A stretch of DNA of 64,000 bases from Escherichia phage Ge15. This document shows positions 1-17,173 of this stretch, piece after piece. A program made the position numbers and the translations under genes. Positions within the stretch are counted from its first letter, which is position 1, and each line of letters starts with the position of its first letter. The stretch lies in the sequence record PP359696.1; one strand, written 5' to 3'. The notes beneath the pieces were generated by a model, which was given only the letters and a program-made list of their open reading frames with translations, searched no databases and was not told the origin of the DNA.

Positions 1-1
1 A

Positions 2-1297
2 GATAATGTTCCACAAGATGGAGCTGAAGCAACTTTTGATTATGTATTAAAAGGACCTGCTGGACAAAAGACTATTAAAGTAGTTGCAACAAATACACTT
101 TCTGAAGGAGGCCCGGAAACGGCTGAAGCGACAACAACTATCACAGTTCAAAATAAGACACAAACGACTACCTTAGCTGTAACTCCTGCTAGTCCTGCGG
201 CTGGAGTGATTGGAACAGCCGTTCAATTTACCGCTGCCTTAGATTCACAGCCGCCAGGTGCATCTGCTACGTATCAATGGCACGTTGACGGTTCTCCTGT
301 AAGCGAAGCAACTGACGCTACATTCAATTACACTCCTGACACAAGCGGAGTTAAAACAATTAAGTGTGTAGCTCAAGTAACCGCGACAGATTATGATACA
401 AAGGAAGTTACTTCCAATGAAGTGTCACTGACTGTTAATAAAAAGACGCAGACAACTACATTAGCCGTAACTCCTGATAGTCCTTCAGCTGGAGTAATTG
501 GAACCCCAGTTCAATTTACTGCTGCCTTGGTTTCTCAACCTGTTGGAGCGTCTGCTACATATAAATGGTATGTAGATGATTCACAAGTTGGTGGAGAAAC
601 TAACTCTACATTTAACTATACTCCAACTACAAGTGGAGTAAAAAGAATTAAATGCGTAGCGCAAGTAACGGCAGAAAATTACAATGAAAAGGAAGTTACT
701 TCTAATGAAGTATCATTGACAGTTAATAAGAAGACAATGAATCCACAAGTTACATTGACTCCTCCTTCTATTAACGTTCAGCAAGATGCTTCGGCTACAT
801 TTACGGCTAATGTCACTGATGCTCCAGAAGAAGCACAAATCGAATATTCATGGAAGAAAGATTCTTCTCCTGTAGAAGAATCAACTAATGTATACACCGT
901 TGATACATCATCTATCGGAAGTCAAACTATTGAAGTTACTGCCACTGTTACTGTCACTGATTATGATAGCAAAACTATCACAGCAGAAGGTCAAGTTCAG
1001 GTAACTGATAAAGTTGCTCCAGAACCAGAAGGTGAATTGCCTTATGTTCATCCTCTTCCACATCGTACTTCAGCTTATATCTGGTGCGGTTGGTGGGTTA
1101 TGGATGAAATCCAAAAAATGACAGAAGAAGGTAAAGATTGGAAAACTGAAGATCCAGATAGTAAATACTACCTGCATCGTTACACCCTTCAGAAGATGAT
1201 GAAAGACTATCCAGAAGTTGATGTTCAAGAATCACGTAATGGATACATCATTCATAAAACTGCTTTAGAAACTGGTATCATCTATACCTATCCATAA
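2..1297 (+). CDS. hoc: Hoc outer capsid decoration protein, 5'-partial (frame open to window start)
   Basis: Tandem Ig-like repeats (TLAVTP.SP.AGVIGT.VQFTAAL) and C-terminus ...HKTALETGIIYTYP as I recall for T4 Hoc; position next to rnlB/gene 24. Confidence 0.85.
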   Translation, partial: DNVPQDGAEATFDYVLKGPAGQKTIKVVATNTLSEGGPETAEATTTITVQNKTQTTTLAVTPASPAAGVIGTAVQFTAALDSQPPGASATYQWHVDGSPVSEATDATFNYTPDTSGVKTIKCVAQVTATDYDTKEVTSNEVSLTVNKKTQTTTLAVTPDSPSAGVIGTPVQFTAALVSQPVGASATYKWYVDDSQVGGETNSTFNYTPTTSGVKRIKCVAQVTAENYNEKEVTSNEVSLTVNKKTMNPQVTLTPPSINVQQDASATFTANVTDAPEEAQIEYSWKKDSSPVEESTNVYTVDTSSIGSQTIEVTATVTVTDYDSKTITAEGQVQVTDKVAPEPEGELPYVHPLPHRTSAYIWCGWWVMDEIQKMTEEGKDWKTEDPDSKYYLHRYTLQKMMKDYPEVDVQESRNGYIIHKTALETGIIYTYP

Positions 1298-1302
1298 TCA
1301 TA

Positions 1303-1324
1303 AGGGGCTTCGGCCCCTTTCTTC
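1303..1324 (+). terminator. Hairpin GGGGC-TTCG-GCCCC plus T-run after hoc
   Basis: Stem-loop with UUCG tetraloop followed by TTTCTT. Confidence 0.6.
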
Positions 1325-1386
1325 ATTTTGAAAGCACACAAAACACAATCAGAAAATGATGTATATAATGGCACCAACTCGATAAC

Positions 1387-1602
1387 ATGAGATTGATTAT
1401 GAGAACTGAGGTTGTGGTGTTTACTCTTCATGAGTCTGGAAAGTCATTCATTGAAATTGCTCGTGAATTAAACTTACAGGCGAAAGAAGTGGCTGTATTA
1501 TGGGCTCGAGCTATGACTGCTAAGAATAAATTTGAAACTCGAGAAAAAGTTGTCTATAGAAAAAGACATATCAATAAAAAGGTGAAAAATGGAACAGTAT
1601 GA
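1387..1602 (+). CDS. Small hypothetical protein (T4 24.3 position), possible HTH
   Basis: ORF between hoc and rnlB; basic, helix-rich. Confidence 0.45.
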   Translation: MRLIMRTEVVVFTLHESGKSFIEIARELNLQAKEVAVLWARAMTAKNKFETREKVVYRKRHINKKVKNGTV

Positions 1603-1867
1603 TCTTTATGAAAATGAATCTTTTGCTAATCAATTACGTGAAAAAGCATTAAAAAGTAAACAGTTTAAGCTAGAGTGTTTTATTAAAGATTTTTCAGAAC
1701 TTGCTAATAAAGCAGCTGAACAAGGTAAAACATATTTTAGTTATTATTGCACTGCTCGCGATAAATTGATTACTGAAGAAATTGGTGATTGGCTGAGAAA
1801 AGAAGGATTCAGCTTTAAAGTCAATAGTGATCAGCGTGATGGTGATTGGTTAGAAATTACATTTTGA
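1589..1867 (+). CDS. Hypothetical protein (T4 24.2 position)
   Basis: ORF overlapping upstream gene end; synteny. Confidence 0.45.
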   Translation: MEQYDLYENESFANQLREKALKSKQFKLECFIKDFSELANKAAEQGKTYFSYYCTARDKLITEEIGDWLRKEGFSFKVNSDQRDGDWLEITF

Positions 1868-1876
1868 GGATTAATT

Positions 1877-2881
1877 ATGTTTAAAAAGTATAGCAGTCTT
1901 GAAAATCATTACAACTCTAAATTTATTGAAAAACTTTATAGCTTAGGATTGACTGGCGGCGAATGGGTAGCTCGTGAAAAGATTCACGGCACAAACTTTT
2001 CTTTGATTATTGAGCGTGATAAAGTAACTTGCGCTAAACGTACTGGACCGATTCTTCCTGCTGAAGATTTCTTTGGGTATGAAATTATTCTAAAGAATTA
2101 CGCTGATTCCATTAAAGCAGTACAAGATATTATGGAAACTTCAGCTGTTGTGACTTATCAAGTTTTTGGCGAATTCGCTGGACCTGGCATTCAGAAGAAT
2201 GTTGATTATGGTGATAAAGATTTTTATGTATTTGACATTATTGTCACTACAGAAAGTGGCGATGTAACTTATGTTGATGATTACATGATGGAATCGTTTT
2301 GTAATTCATTTGGGTTTAAAATCGCTCCACTTTTGGGTCGTGGTAAATTTGAAGAACTTATTAAATTGCCAAATGATTTGGATTCTGTTGTTCCGTCTTA
2401 TAATTTTACCGTAGATAATGCAGGTTTAATTGACGCTAACAAATGTGTTTGGAAAGCTGAAGCCAAAGGCGAAGTATTTACCGCTGAAGGATATGTATTG
2501 AAACCTTGTTATCCTTCTTGGCTGCCTAATCGCAATCGTGTAGCCATCAAATGCAAGAATTCTAAATTTAGTGAAAAGAAAAAGTCTGATAAGCCTATTA
2601 AAGCTAAAGTTGAACTGTCAGAAGCTGATAACAAATTGGTGGGGATTTTAGCTTGTTACGTTACACTAAACCGAGTAAATAACGTTATTTCTAAAATTGG
2701 CGAAATTGGTCCAAAAGATTTTGGAAAGGTGATGGGACTAACTGTTCAAGATATTTTGGAAGAAACTTCTCGTGAAGGTATTACTCTAACTCAAGCGGAT
2801 AATCCTTCTTTGATTAAAAAGGAATTAGTTAAAATGGTACAAGATGTACTTCGTCCGGCTTGGATTGAATTGGTAAGTTAA
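1877..2881 (+). CDS. rnlB: RNA ligase 2
   Basis: 334 aa; KIHGTN lysine-nucleotidyltransferase motif I; near-identical to T4 Rnl2 as I recall. Confidence 0.95.
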   Translation: MFKKYSSLENHYNSKFIEKLYSLGLTGGEWVAREKIHGTNFSLIIERDKVTCAKRTGPILPAEDFFGYEIILKNYADSIKAVQDIMETSAVVTYQVFGEFAGPGIQKNVDYGDKDFYVFDIIVTTESGDVTYVDDYMMESFCNSFGFKIAPLLGRGKFEELIKLPNDLDSVVPSYNFTVDNAGLIDANKCVWKAEAKGEVFTAEGYVLKPCYPSWLPNRNRVAIKCKNSKFSEKKKSDKPIKAKVELSEADNKLVGILACYVTLNRVNNVISKIGEIGPKDFGKVMGLTVQDILEETSREGITLTQADNPSLIKKELVKMVQDVLRPAWIELVS

Positions 2882-2882
2882 A

Positions 2883-2911
2883 TAAAAAGGGACCGAAAGG
2901 TCCCTTTGTTT
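2883..2911. terminator. Bidirectional hairpin GGGACC-GAAA-GGTCCC between convergent rnlB and gene 24
   Basis: Perfect stem-loop flanked by A-run and T-run. Confidence 0.65.
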
Positions 2912-4194
2912 TATTCATCAATGATAATTTTTGGTAGCTTAACACCTAATAAAACAGACAAATCTGAACGACCCGCCATTTTATCCATGTCTCCACCGTC
3001 AATTACTCTTGCTTCTTTTTCATCTTTTGCTACAGTGTAAGGATTTGCAGATAAAGCATATCTAACTAATAAACCGATAGATGGCTGCAAACTTTCTGGA
3101 TCAACTACAACTTTAAATGCACCTACATGTTCAGGGTCATCTAAGTCAAGACCTTCTGTATACGGAGCATAGAAAATTGACCCAACAATTTCTTTTTCAC
3201 CAATATTTTCTACTACGCCAACGATTACATAATCTAATGGGCTGTTGGTATCGCAATAAAGCGGTAAACCATTAGCTAAGAACCCATAGGCATTTTGTGA
3301 AAGATATTTGTCATCTTCTGGTTTATGTTTTAACCAACCTGATGCAGCAAGAATCGCAGCAGCACGAGCTGAAGCAACACAGAACGTTGCTGTATAAGTT
3401 GATTCTTTCTGGATATGTGAAACCATTTCACACACCATTCGGTATAATGAACGACCGGCTTCAGGTGCAGATGCATAACTCAAATCAATGAATCCAGTAT
3501 CAGTAATTCCTGTAACTTTATAGCGTTTTGACACTGTAATCAAAGACTGCAGAATATCTTTATTGATTTCATCTGCCATTTCGGTTGCAAGCAAATCTTC
3601 CAAGAAATTAGGAGCATCGAATCCATTTGCTTCTAAATCTTGTGCTAATTCAACTGTAATGCCAGTTTTAAGTTTACGAGATTTAACTGCGGTTTGCCAT
3701 TTATTAATCTGGAATCTAGCATCCGCAATTTCACTATCAGAGCTTTCAAATTTGCTTGTTACTGCAGCATCAGAAAATAGACGAACCTTTAAAAGAACAA
3801 TTGCAATCTGAAGAGCTAATTCTAAATCACTTTCTTCAATATCAGCAAATGGTGTATTTTCTAATACTTTATAAACGATATTATTATATTTGAATAAATC
3901 ACCTTTATTGAGAGTTAATTTAGACTCTTCTGTTAATTCTGTGATTTGTTCTCGGTCTACATACCCAGCTTCGCCAGCGTAAGTAGCACCAGTTTTAAAT
4001 GTAAATTCATTGTCTGGGTTAAGGTATTTGATACCATAAAAAGCAGCAACAGGTTGATTAGTTCTTTGCGTTGCTACAATGTCAGAATATATTAATTTAG
4101 TGGTAGCGCGAGTCAAAGCAACGAGATTTGGGCGACCGATTGAGTTGCTATTCGTTGTGGTTGATTCGCGCAGAAGTTCGTTGATTTTAGCCAT
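2911..4194 (-). CDS. 24: Head vertex protein gp24
   Basis: 427 aa; paralog of gp23; adjacent to gene 23. Confidence 0.9.
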   Translation of the reverse strand: MAKINELLRESTTTNSNSIGRPNLVALTRATTKLIYSDIVATQRTNQPVAAFYGIKYLNPDNEFTFKTGATYAGEAGYVDREQITELTEESKLTLNKGDLFKYNNIVYKVLENTPFADIEESDLELALQIAIVLLKVRLFSDAAVTSKFESSDSEIADARFQINKWQTAVKSRKLKTGITVELAQDLEANGFDAPNFLEDLLATEMADEINKDILQSLITVSKRYKVTGITDTGFIDLSYASAPEAGRSLYRMVCEMVSHIQKESTYTATFCVASARAAAILAASGWLKHKPEDDKYLSQNAYGFLANGLPLYCDTNSPLDYVIVGVVENIGEKEIVGSIFYAPYTEGLDLDDPEHVGAFKVVVDPESLQPSIGLLVRYALSANPYTVAKDEKEARVIDGGDMDKMAGRSDLSVLLGVKLPKIIIDE

Positions 4195-4222
4195 TGCGCT
4201 TTCCTTTTGGTTTATATGATTT

Positions 4223-4230
4223 ATTTATAC
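4223..4230 (-). promoter_or_regulatory. Late promoter TATAAATA upstream of gene 24
   Basis: Reverse complement of tatttata in the 23-24 intergenic gap. Confidence 0.55.
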
Positions 4231-4245
4231 CATAAAAACAACTAA

Positions 4246-4263
4246 AGGGACCCGAAGGTCCCT
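4246..4263 (-). terminator. Hairpin AGGGACC-CGAA-GGTCCCT downstream of gene 23
   Basis: Stem-loop immediately 3' of the gp23 stop. Confidence 0.5.
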
Positions 4264-4277
4264 TAAATCGTCAAAGA

Positions 4278-5843
4278 TTAGATACCTTTAACATATACAC
4301 GGCGGAAGTAAGCGTTTTTACCAAGGCTATTCAGAATAGAAGGCATACCGCTCTGGATGCGAGAAGCCGGAGCCTGAGCAGCGGATTCTGCAAATGGGTT
4401 GATACCGATACCGTAACGAGTTTTGAATCCCATTACTGGTTGGAAGTTCTTCGGATCGGAACCACGCAGCGGAGTCAGAGCTACATATGGAGCGTAGTAA
4501 ATACCAGCATCCATTTCGTTCGGACCTTTATAACCTACAGTGAAATAATCCTGTTTAGCATACTGGTCGATATATACACGGTATTTACCACCCAGAACAC
4601 CAGCAAATACTGACTTGGTAGTATCAGTGTTAAAGCCGGTAGCCAGACCCTGTGCAGCATAAGAAATGCCAGTATCAACTGAAGCCAGAACGTTAACTAC
4701 GTTACGGGAAGCGATAATGAAGTTACCTTCACCGCGACCGGTCTGACGAGCAATTTCAACTGCTTCTTTGTCAATCTGGAACAACAGAGCTTTAAAGGAT
4801 TCACCCGCCCAGCGAGCACCACGAATATCAATCGGATCCTGGAAGTCAAATACGCCAGCTTTAGAACCCGGAGTCAGGGTCATACCAGATTTACCAACCT
4901 GAGCTGAGTAATTAATCCAATCAACAACTTCGCGGTTGATTTCCAGCATGATTTCGGTAGCCAGAATACCAGACAGTTCAGCATCAGCATCCATACCGTG
5001 AACAGCGCGGAGGTCTTGTGCTAATTCGATAGAGTAAGCAGCTTTCAGCTGACGAGATTTAGCTTCGATAACTTGTTTATCGATACGGAAGCCCATTTCA
5101 TTCCATGGGTTATCGGTAGAACCGTTGAAACCTTCCTGAAGTTCAGCGATAGAAGTAGCCATACCTTCAGCGATTTCTACCAGTACACCAGCTTCCATTT
5201 GTTTCTTAACTTCGGCATCTAATTTAGTTGCATCAGTCGCGCCAGAATCAAGTGTTACGATAGCAGAAGCTTGCAGATATACAGTACCAGTTTCCTGGAA
5301 GAAGTGAGAATAGATGTCACCTACAACTGTAGTAGTATTAGCAGCCAAAGCTGGGAATTTCTTAGCAGCACCCTGACCAGAGAACATTGCATCTGGACCA
5401 TACATTGGGTGGAATGCTTCTTTAGCACCGGAAGCGATTGGGTCTTTACCATATACTGCGCGCAGTGCGAATACCTGACCAGTCGGGCTGTTCATCGGCT
5501 GAACACCGCAAATACCGAAAGCAATCAGGTTAGGAATAGCACGACGTACCATACCCATAACAGCTGGGCCAATCTGAGTTACTGCGCCAGAAGTCTGACC
5601 AGCAGCGATGTTAGTAGCGTTGTAACCGTGGTCACCACCGATTTCAGCTTCTGTTAAGAAAGAACCGAACGCCTGAGCGATTTTTTCGTCTTTGTACTCT
5701 GGAGCTGTCTGGAAATCTTTTTCCTGGTTTTCAAAGATTTTAGCGATAATCGCTTGTTTGCTATTAGCAATTTCCGGTAAACCTTCACCTTCCAGTAATG
5801 GTTTCCATTTGTTCAAAAGTTCAGCTTTAGTTTTGATAGTCAT
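4278..5843 (-). CDS. 23: Major capsid protein gp23
   Basis: 521 aa; sequence recognised as T4 gp23; host-like codon usage typical of a highly expressed late gene. Confidence 0.97.
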   Translation of the reverse strand: MTIKTKAELLNKWKPLLEGEGLPEIANSKQAIIAKIFENQEKDFQTAPEYKDEKIAQAFGSFLTEAEIGGDHGYNATNIAAGQTSGAVTQIGPAVMGMVRRAIPNLIAFGICGVQPMNSPTGQVFALRAVYGKDPIASGAKEAFHPMYGPDAMFSGQGAAKKFPALAANTTTVVGDIYSHFFQETGTVYLQASAIVTLDSGATDATKLDAEVKKQMEAGVLVEIAEGMATSIAELQEGFNGSTDNPWNEMGFRIDKQVIEAKSRQLKAAYSIELAQDLRAVHGMDADAELSGILATEIMLEINREVVDWINYSAQVGKSGMTLTPGSKAGVFDFQDPIDIRGARWAGESFKALLFQIDKEAVEIARQTGRGEGNFIIASRNVVNVLASVDTGISYAAQGLATGFNTDTTKSVFAGVLGGKYRVYIDQYAKQDYFTVGYKGPNEMDAGIYYAPYVALTPLRGSDPKNFQPVMGFKTRYGIGINPFAESAAQAPASRIQSGMPSILNSLGKNAYFRRVYVKGI

Positions 5844-5861
5844 TTGTGTTAACCTTTAAAA

Positions 5862-6671
5862 TTAGAAACGAGATGCGACTTTCGCATATACACTTACAAT
5901 ATCTTCTGCACCAGGTGCAGCTTTATCTTCTACAGCTTCAGTGACGAAATTCAGTCCGGCTGCTTCAGTATCAGGAGTATTTATACCCTCAGTAATAGTG
6001 CTTTCATCTTTATTAGACTTCTTCACCATTTCTACGATGGCACTCAATTTACTTGAGAATTCATCTGAATAATCCATACCTTCGACCAGAGCAGAGACTT
6101 TTTCTTTTTGAGACTCAGTCAGATCTTTAGTACTTTCGCTCAATGCCACTTCACGCTGCACATAATTGATATATGCGTCACGCTTATTGAGTTCTTCGAA
6201 CAGACGAGCTGATTCTTCTTTATGTTCTTGCAGCTCTTCTTCCATTTCAGCTACAACATCAACTGATTCTTCTGGAACAACAACGTTGTGTTCAACAAAG
6301 AGCTCTTTTAATCCACCAAGCATGGATTCAAACAGTTCGGCTTTGATGCCTTTATCAACTGCTAATTTATTTTCAGCGAGCCATTCTTTCGCAAGATGGT
6401 CGATGAATTTAGAAGCTTGCTCAGCGATTTTCTTCTCAGCTTTTTCTTCGGCTTCTTCTTTATTTTTTTCTACTTCTTCTTCTGCTTTTTCAGCAATTTT
6501 AGCGATATGAGATTCAGCTAATTTAACGGCGTGCTGCTTGACGGTAGCTTCGAATACAGTGCCGAAAGTTTCTTTTGCTTCCGGAGAAATATTAACTGAT
6601 TCGAAAATACTATCAAGAGCAACGGAAGCATCAATTTTCTGCGCTTCGGCAATCAGTTGTTCTTTAAGCAT
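5862..6671 (-). CDS. 22: Prohead core scaffolding protein gp22
   Basis: 269 aa, acidic coiled-coil; synteny. Confidence 0.88.
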   Translation of the reverse strand: MLKEQLIAEAQKIDASVALDSIFESVNISPEAKETFGTVFEATVKQHAVKLAESHIAKIAEKAEEEVEKNKEEAEEKAEKKIAEQASKFIDHLAKEWLAENKLAVDKGIKAELFESMLGGLKELFVEHNVVVPEESVDVVAEMEEELQEHKEESARLFEELNKRDAYINYVQREVALSESTKDLTESQKEKVSALVEGMDYSDEFSSKLSAIVEMVKKSNKDESTITEGINTPDTEAAGLNFVTEAVEDKAAPGAEDIVSVYAKVASRF

Positions 6672-6701
6672 TTTGTAGTCCTGTTGTTTAGATAATAATA
6701 T

Positions 6702-7340
6702 TTATAACGCTTTTTTCATGGCCTCTGCGAGAGCCATATAGGCGTCATCGGCACTTGTATCGGCTTCCGCCGTCTGTGATTCGGTAATTTCCTTAGGAGT
6801 TACCCATGCATCTGGAGCACTTGGACCCCATACTGCATCAACACCTACAGTTAATTTGAATCCTTCGTTTACGATACGATAACCTTTATTTGTGTCAGTC
6901 AATGAACCTAATCCACGAGAAGAAACTCCTGGAATCCATCCGGCACGAATATTAGCTGCTAATTTATCTCCAGGACCATGGTCACCTTCAATAACACGAG
7001 CTCGTCCGTATACGTCATTTCCTTTCCACCACATATCTTCTATAATGATAGCGGCTTGCATCGGGTCAACATTAGCGCGTGGAGGATGATTTAATTCTCC
7101 GAGAGCTTGTTTAGTTAAAACTTGCTCATTAATATAGTCTTTTACCGCTTTTTCTAATATACGTTTTGGATAAAGACGTTTATTTCTATTGACGACTTCT
7201 GCTTGCATGAATATTCCTTCGATGTATAAACCAGGTTTTAAACCTAAGTCTTTCCCATCATGGGATTCAAGCATTGGCACACCATCAATAATTTCGCCAG
7301 GTTGACCCCAAGTTTCAATTAGCAATTGGGGTTCATTCAT
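6702..7340 (-). CDS. 21: Prohead core protease gp21
   Basis: 212 aa; synteny 20-67-68-21-22-23. Confidence 0.9.
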   Translation of the reverse strand: MNEPQLLIETWGQPGEIIDGVPMLESHDGKDLGLKPGLYIEGIFMQAEVVNRNKRLYPKRILEKAVKDYINEQVLTKQALGELNHPPRANVDPMQAAIIIEDMWWKGNDVYGRARVIEGDHGPGDKLAANIRAGWIPGVSSRGLGSLTDTNKGYRIVNEGFKLTVGVDAVWGPSAPDAWVTPKEITESQTAEADTSADDAYMALAEAMKKAL

Positions 7341-7765
7341 TAGCTTAATCCTAATGCTTTACGGCGTTTAAGAGCTTTTTTACGCTTACGCTGAGCACGA
7401 GATTGACCTGCTGGATTGGCAATCTTCGTTTTGGTAGCTTTACGAGCAATTTGTCTACGTTTTGCTTTAGACAACCCGGTAGTTTGAAATGCATTACGTT
7501 CGCGGGTTTTGCGATCTTTAGTGCGAGTAATTTCACCACGGGCAGAAACATGTTTAACGATAAATTCATTTAACGGCATATTTTCATTAATAGAAGCTAA
7601 TGCAACCGCTAAATCAGTTTCATCATCAAGCATATTCTCGATAATTTTATTTATATCGTCTTTATTTAAAGCAGAAGACAACTCGTCAAAGCGACCCTGT
7701 GCTTCAGGAATAAGTGCTTCGACATTCTCGAGAACTAATTCATGAGTTTCAGGGATTAGAATCAT
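7340..7765 (-). CDS. 68: Prohead core protein gp68
   Basis: 141 aa; synteny. Confidence 0.75.
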   Translation of the reverse strand: MILIPETHELVLENVEALIPEAQGRFDELSSALNKDDINKIIENMLDDETDLAVALASINENMPLNEFIVKHVSARGEITRTKDRKTRERNAFQTTGLSKAKRRQIARKATKTKIANPAGQSRAQRKRKKALKRRKALGLS

Positions 7766-8003
7766 TATTCATCATCCTCGTCTTCGTCAGAGTCTTTGTC
7801 TTTTTTGTCGTCTTTATCATCACTATCTTCATCCTCGTCTTCATCCTCGTCTTCAGGTTCTTCACCCTCGATTAAGAAATTACGAGCGATAGTGATTTTT
7901 TCTTCTTTGATTAAATCAGTCGTTCTTGCAGCCATGGCTTCAGCAAATAATTTACGAGCGGCTACGAGGTCGTTTGATTTAATAGCTTCAATTAAACCTT
8001 CCA

Positions 8004-8004
<1 letters not shown>
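7765..8004 (-). CDS. 67: Prohead core protein gp67 (acidic tail)
   Basis: 79 aa with poly-Asp/Glu C-terminus; synteny. Confidence 0.75.
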
Positions 8005-9629
<1,625 letters not shown>

Positions 9630-9661
9630 TTAAGCAGGATGGGGATTTCTCCCCATTCATT

Positions 9662-10153
9662 TTATTCCCAATAATCGAGAGCAAGAGTTACTTCAAAGGT
9701 TTGGATTTCATTGTTTGAATCCCAATCTAATTGAAGTTCACCCACGTTAGTAGGCCACAGGCCTTTAATTTCGACTTCTTTTGTTACAGTTTTAGCATCA
9801 CGAGCATATTGGCGAACAACAGCGCTCTTTTTATATTCTGCTGGTTTTCCACCAGTAATTTCGTTCCCTTGCCCAGCAGCAATGCTTTGCCAATCAACAA
9901 ACTTCTGGCGAGCATCATGTGCCTCATCGTTCATTACTGTAACAGTCCAGTCATCGAATGTACGATCGCCTGCTACGTTAATTTTACGGTTCATGAATCC
10001 GACTGGAATTTTTTCTACAATACCAGCTGGTAAAGCAGTGGCTTTACATTGAAACGTAAAATTTTGTCCAAGATAAGAAATTTCTACTTGGAATAAGTTA
10101 GGTCGAGCAAAATCACCAGATTCAAACGCTCGTGTTACATCATCTACAAACAT
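9662..10153 (-). CDS. 19: Tail tube protein gp19
   Basis: 163 aa; synteny. Confidence 0.9.
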   Translation of the reverse strand: MFVDDVTRAFESGDFARPNLFQVEISYLGQNFTFQCKATALPAGIVEKIPVGFMNRKINVAGDRTFDDWTVTVMNDEAHDARQKFVDWQSIAAGQGNEITGGKPAEYKKSAVVRQYARDAKTVTKEVEIKGLWPTNVGELQLDWDSNNEIQTFEVTLALDYWE

Positions 10154-10167
10154 ATTAGCCTCTGTAG

Positions 10168-10175
10168 TATTTATA
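10168..10175 (-). promoter_or_regulatory. Late promoter TATAAATA upstream of gene 19
   Basis: Reverse complement of tatttata. Confidence 0.55.
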
Positions 10176-10226
10176 TCCCTATGTTTAACCTAGGGCATAT
10201 AGAATTAAAGAATTAAGGATATAGTG

Positions 10227-10234
10227 TATTTATA
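10227..10234 (-). promoter_or_regulatory. Second late promoter TATAAATA upstream of gene 19
   Basis: Reverse complement of tatttata. Confidence 0.55.
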
Positions 10235-10235
10235 T

Positions 10236-10253
10236 GGCCTGCCGAAACAGGCC
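10236..10253 (-). terminator. Hairpin GGCCTG-CCGAAA-CAGGCC downstream of gene 18
   Basis: Stem-loop 3' of gp18 stop. Confidence 0.45.
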
Positions 10254-10269
10254 TTTAGAATGCACCGTA

Positions 10270-12249
10270 TTAACCTGCAAGACCAGTTAACTCATCGAAA
10301 TCTGCACCAGTAGCAGTTGCTACGAAGTTTAAGGTAATGTAGTTAATGCTTCTAGCCGGTTGGATGTAGAATGTTGCAACAAACTCATTTCTATCAATTA
10401 CTGACGGAGTGTTATTTGTTGTATCGCAAACTACACGATATTCATAAATTCCACCGAGAGCTTTAATTCCCTGTAAGTACTGGGCAGTTTCTGTGCGGAA
10501 TGATGAACGAGTAAACGCGTTGTTTAATTCGAACAAACGATATTTTGAACTACGTCCGATATTCGTTTTCAACATATTAAACAGACGACGAACGTTAATA
10601 CGATCAAATGGAGAAGGAACAGAAGTAGCTGTTTTATCACCATACAATACGTAACCATCACCACCTGTACCAGTTACCGGGTTGATAGCTTCTTGGTATA
10701 AACGGTCGCGCTGAGCCTGGCGAGTTTCAATAGCAAGTTTAATAACGTTAAGAATCTGGCCACGATTATAACCAGCTGGAGACATCCAAGTCTGAGATAC
10801 GTTATCAGTTCTTGCGCATAAACCAGCAATATCAGCTGCTAATGGAACCCAACGATTCACATCATTATATTTGTCATACTGATATTTGTAGTTGCCGTCA
10901 ATTGCTGCATAGGTTGAACTGATATTAAAGTTATTATCAGTGTATGAACCTGCTGCAGTTCTCCAGTTAACTAAATTATCTACTGCACGAGTTACAGGAA
11001 TTCCAACTACAGTTTCACGTGGTGGTGAGCACAATACTAAGCAATCTTGACGAGCATCACCAATTGAAACAACATGTTTTTGGACAGTAGATGCTGTTTC
11101 AAGAGATTCACCGGCACAAGAACCCGCAATAAACAGTTGAACGTCAACAGATTCGCGGTCAGCAAAGAAGTCCCAAGCTTCCATCAAATCTCCTGCTGTT
11201 ACTTCAGCATTTGATGATAATCCACCAGACAGAGTTAAAATTCCAGAGAAGCCTTCTGGCCAGTTTTGTGCAGTTGCAAAAATATATTCTGAACCACCTT
11301 TTGCGAAAAAGTCATCGATATAGATGTTACTATCGTAAATATCTTTTTCACCACGCTTAGTTGAAAGAACAACGCTTTGAACAATAGCATCATTACGACG
11401 AACTATAATAGCGTACTGTGAATCAGTTTGTGGTCCATATCCAAACACTGCTTTAGCAGTAGATGCACGAGTACCACCACCTGGATAAATTGGGAGTAAT
11501 GCAGAAGCTCCTTTTGCATAGTCAGCTTTAGATACGATTTCAATTTCAATTTTATCGCCTAATTCGCCTGGATAAAGAGCTACTACTCCTGGAATTCCGT
11601 ATTTTTCGAGATTTGCTTGAAAGTCAACCGCTGTCATAGCAGCTTCAGCATTTTCAATTTCAGCTAATAAAATACCAGAATCAGTAATAATTTTTCCGAG
11701 AGTTATTACTGCAGCTAAACCAGAGGAAGATGAAGAAATTTCCGCAGTCCAGTTAGAACCTAGTGTTGGATATTCACCGACTTCTTTCGCTTTAGCGATA
11801 ATTTTTGCAGTAGGAATATTAATTTTCTTGATTTTTCCATCTGCGTCTACTTCAGTAATTTTACCTTCAGTTTCAATATCATCTGAAACATATTTGACCG
11901 TGATTTTATCTCCAACTGCATAGTTACTACCTGGGGTAGAAATTGTGTATTCAATATTACCAGCAATCGGAGATGAGTTTTTAGCGGTATCTCTATCAAC
12001 AGCACGAACTACTCGTAAGTCATTTCCGTACTGCAAGAAATTCATCGCAGACATAAAATAGTCAGCAGTTTCAGCTGTTGGTTGACCAAAAGTATTAACT
12101 AAATCTACTTCATTTGTAACCTGTTTAATCTGAAAAGCAGGACCCCACTGGAATTTACCGGCCAAAGCTGCTGTACCAGTAGAGTTATTAACCACGGTGC
12201 TTTGAACCGTAGTTTCTTTGAGCTCAATGCCCGGAGATAATAAAGTCAT
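10270..12249 (-). CDS. 18: Tail sheath protein gp18
   Basis: 659 aa; synteny. Confidence 0.95.
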   Translation of the reverse strand: MTLLSPGIELKETTVQSTVVNNSTGTAALAGKFQWGPAFQIKQVTNEVDLVNTFGQPTAETADYFMSAMNFLQYGNDLRVVRAVDRDTAKNSSPIAGNIEYTISTPGSNYAVGDKITVKYVSDDIETEGKITEVDADGKIKKINIPTAKIIAKAKEVGEYPTLGSNWTAEISSSSSGLAAVITLGKIITDSGILLAEIENAEAAMTAVDFQANLEKYGIPGVVALYPGELGDKIEIEIVSKADYAKGASALLPIYPGGGTRASTAKAVFGYGPQTDSQYAIIVRRNDAIVQSVVLSTKRGEKDIYDSNIYIDDFFAKGGSEYIFATAQNWPEGFSGILTLSGGLSSNAEVTAGDLMEAWDFFADRESVDVQLFIAGSCAGESLETASTVQKHVVSIGDARQDCLVLCSPPRETVVGIPVTRAVDNLVNWRTAAGSYTDNNFNISSTYAAIDGNYKYQYDKYNDVNRWVPLAADIAGLCARTDNVSQTWMSPAGYNRGQILNVIKLAIETRQAQRDRLYQEAINPVTGTGGDGYVLYGDKTATSVPSPFDRINVRRLFNMLKTNIGRSSKYRLFELNNAFTRSSFRTETAQYLQGIKALGGIYEYRVVCDTTNNTPSVIDRNEFVATFYIQPARSINYITLNFVATATGADFDELTGLAG

Positions 12250-12280
12250 TTTTAATCCTCTTTAATATGCTTTAATATAT

Positions 12281-15418
<3,138 letters not shown>

Positions 15419-15459
15419 GATTTCTCCTAATCTGGGCTTTAATTAGTTTATAATATTTA

Positions 15460-17161
<1,702 letters not shown>

Positions 17162-17173
17162 TTAAAATCCTTT

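Noticed and set aside
3297-3811. + strand ORFs (64 and 82 aa) inside gene 24, and similar + strand ORFs inside genes 23, 22, 21, 20, 19, 17, wac, 12, 10, 7, 5
   Set aside because: Shadow ORFs on the opposite strand of long, well-supported late genes; no promoter or RBS context.
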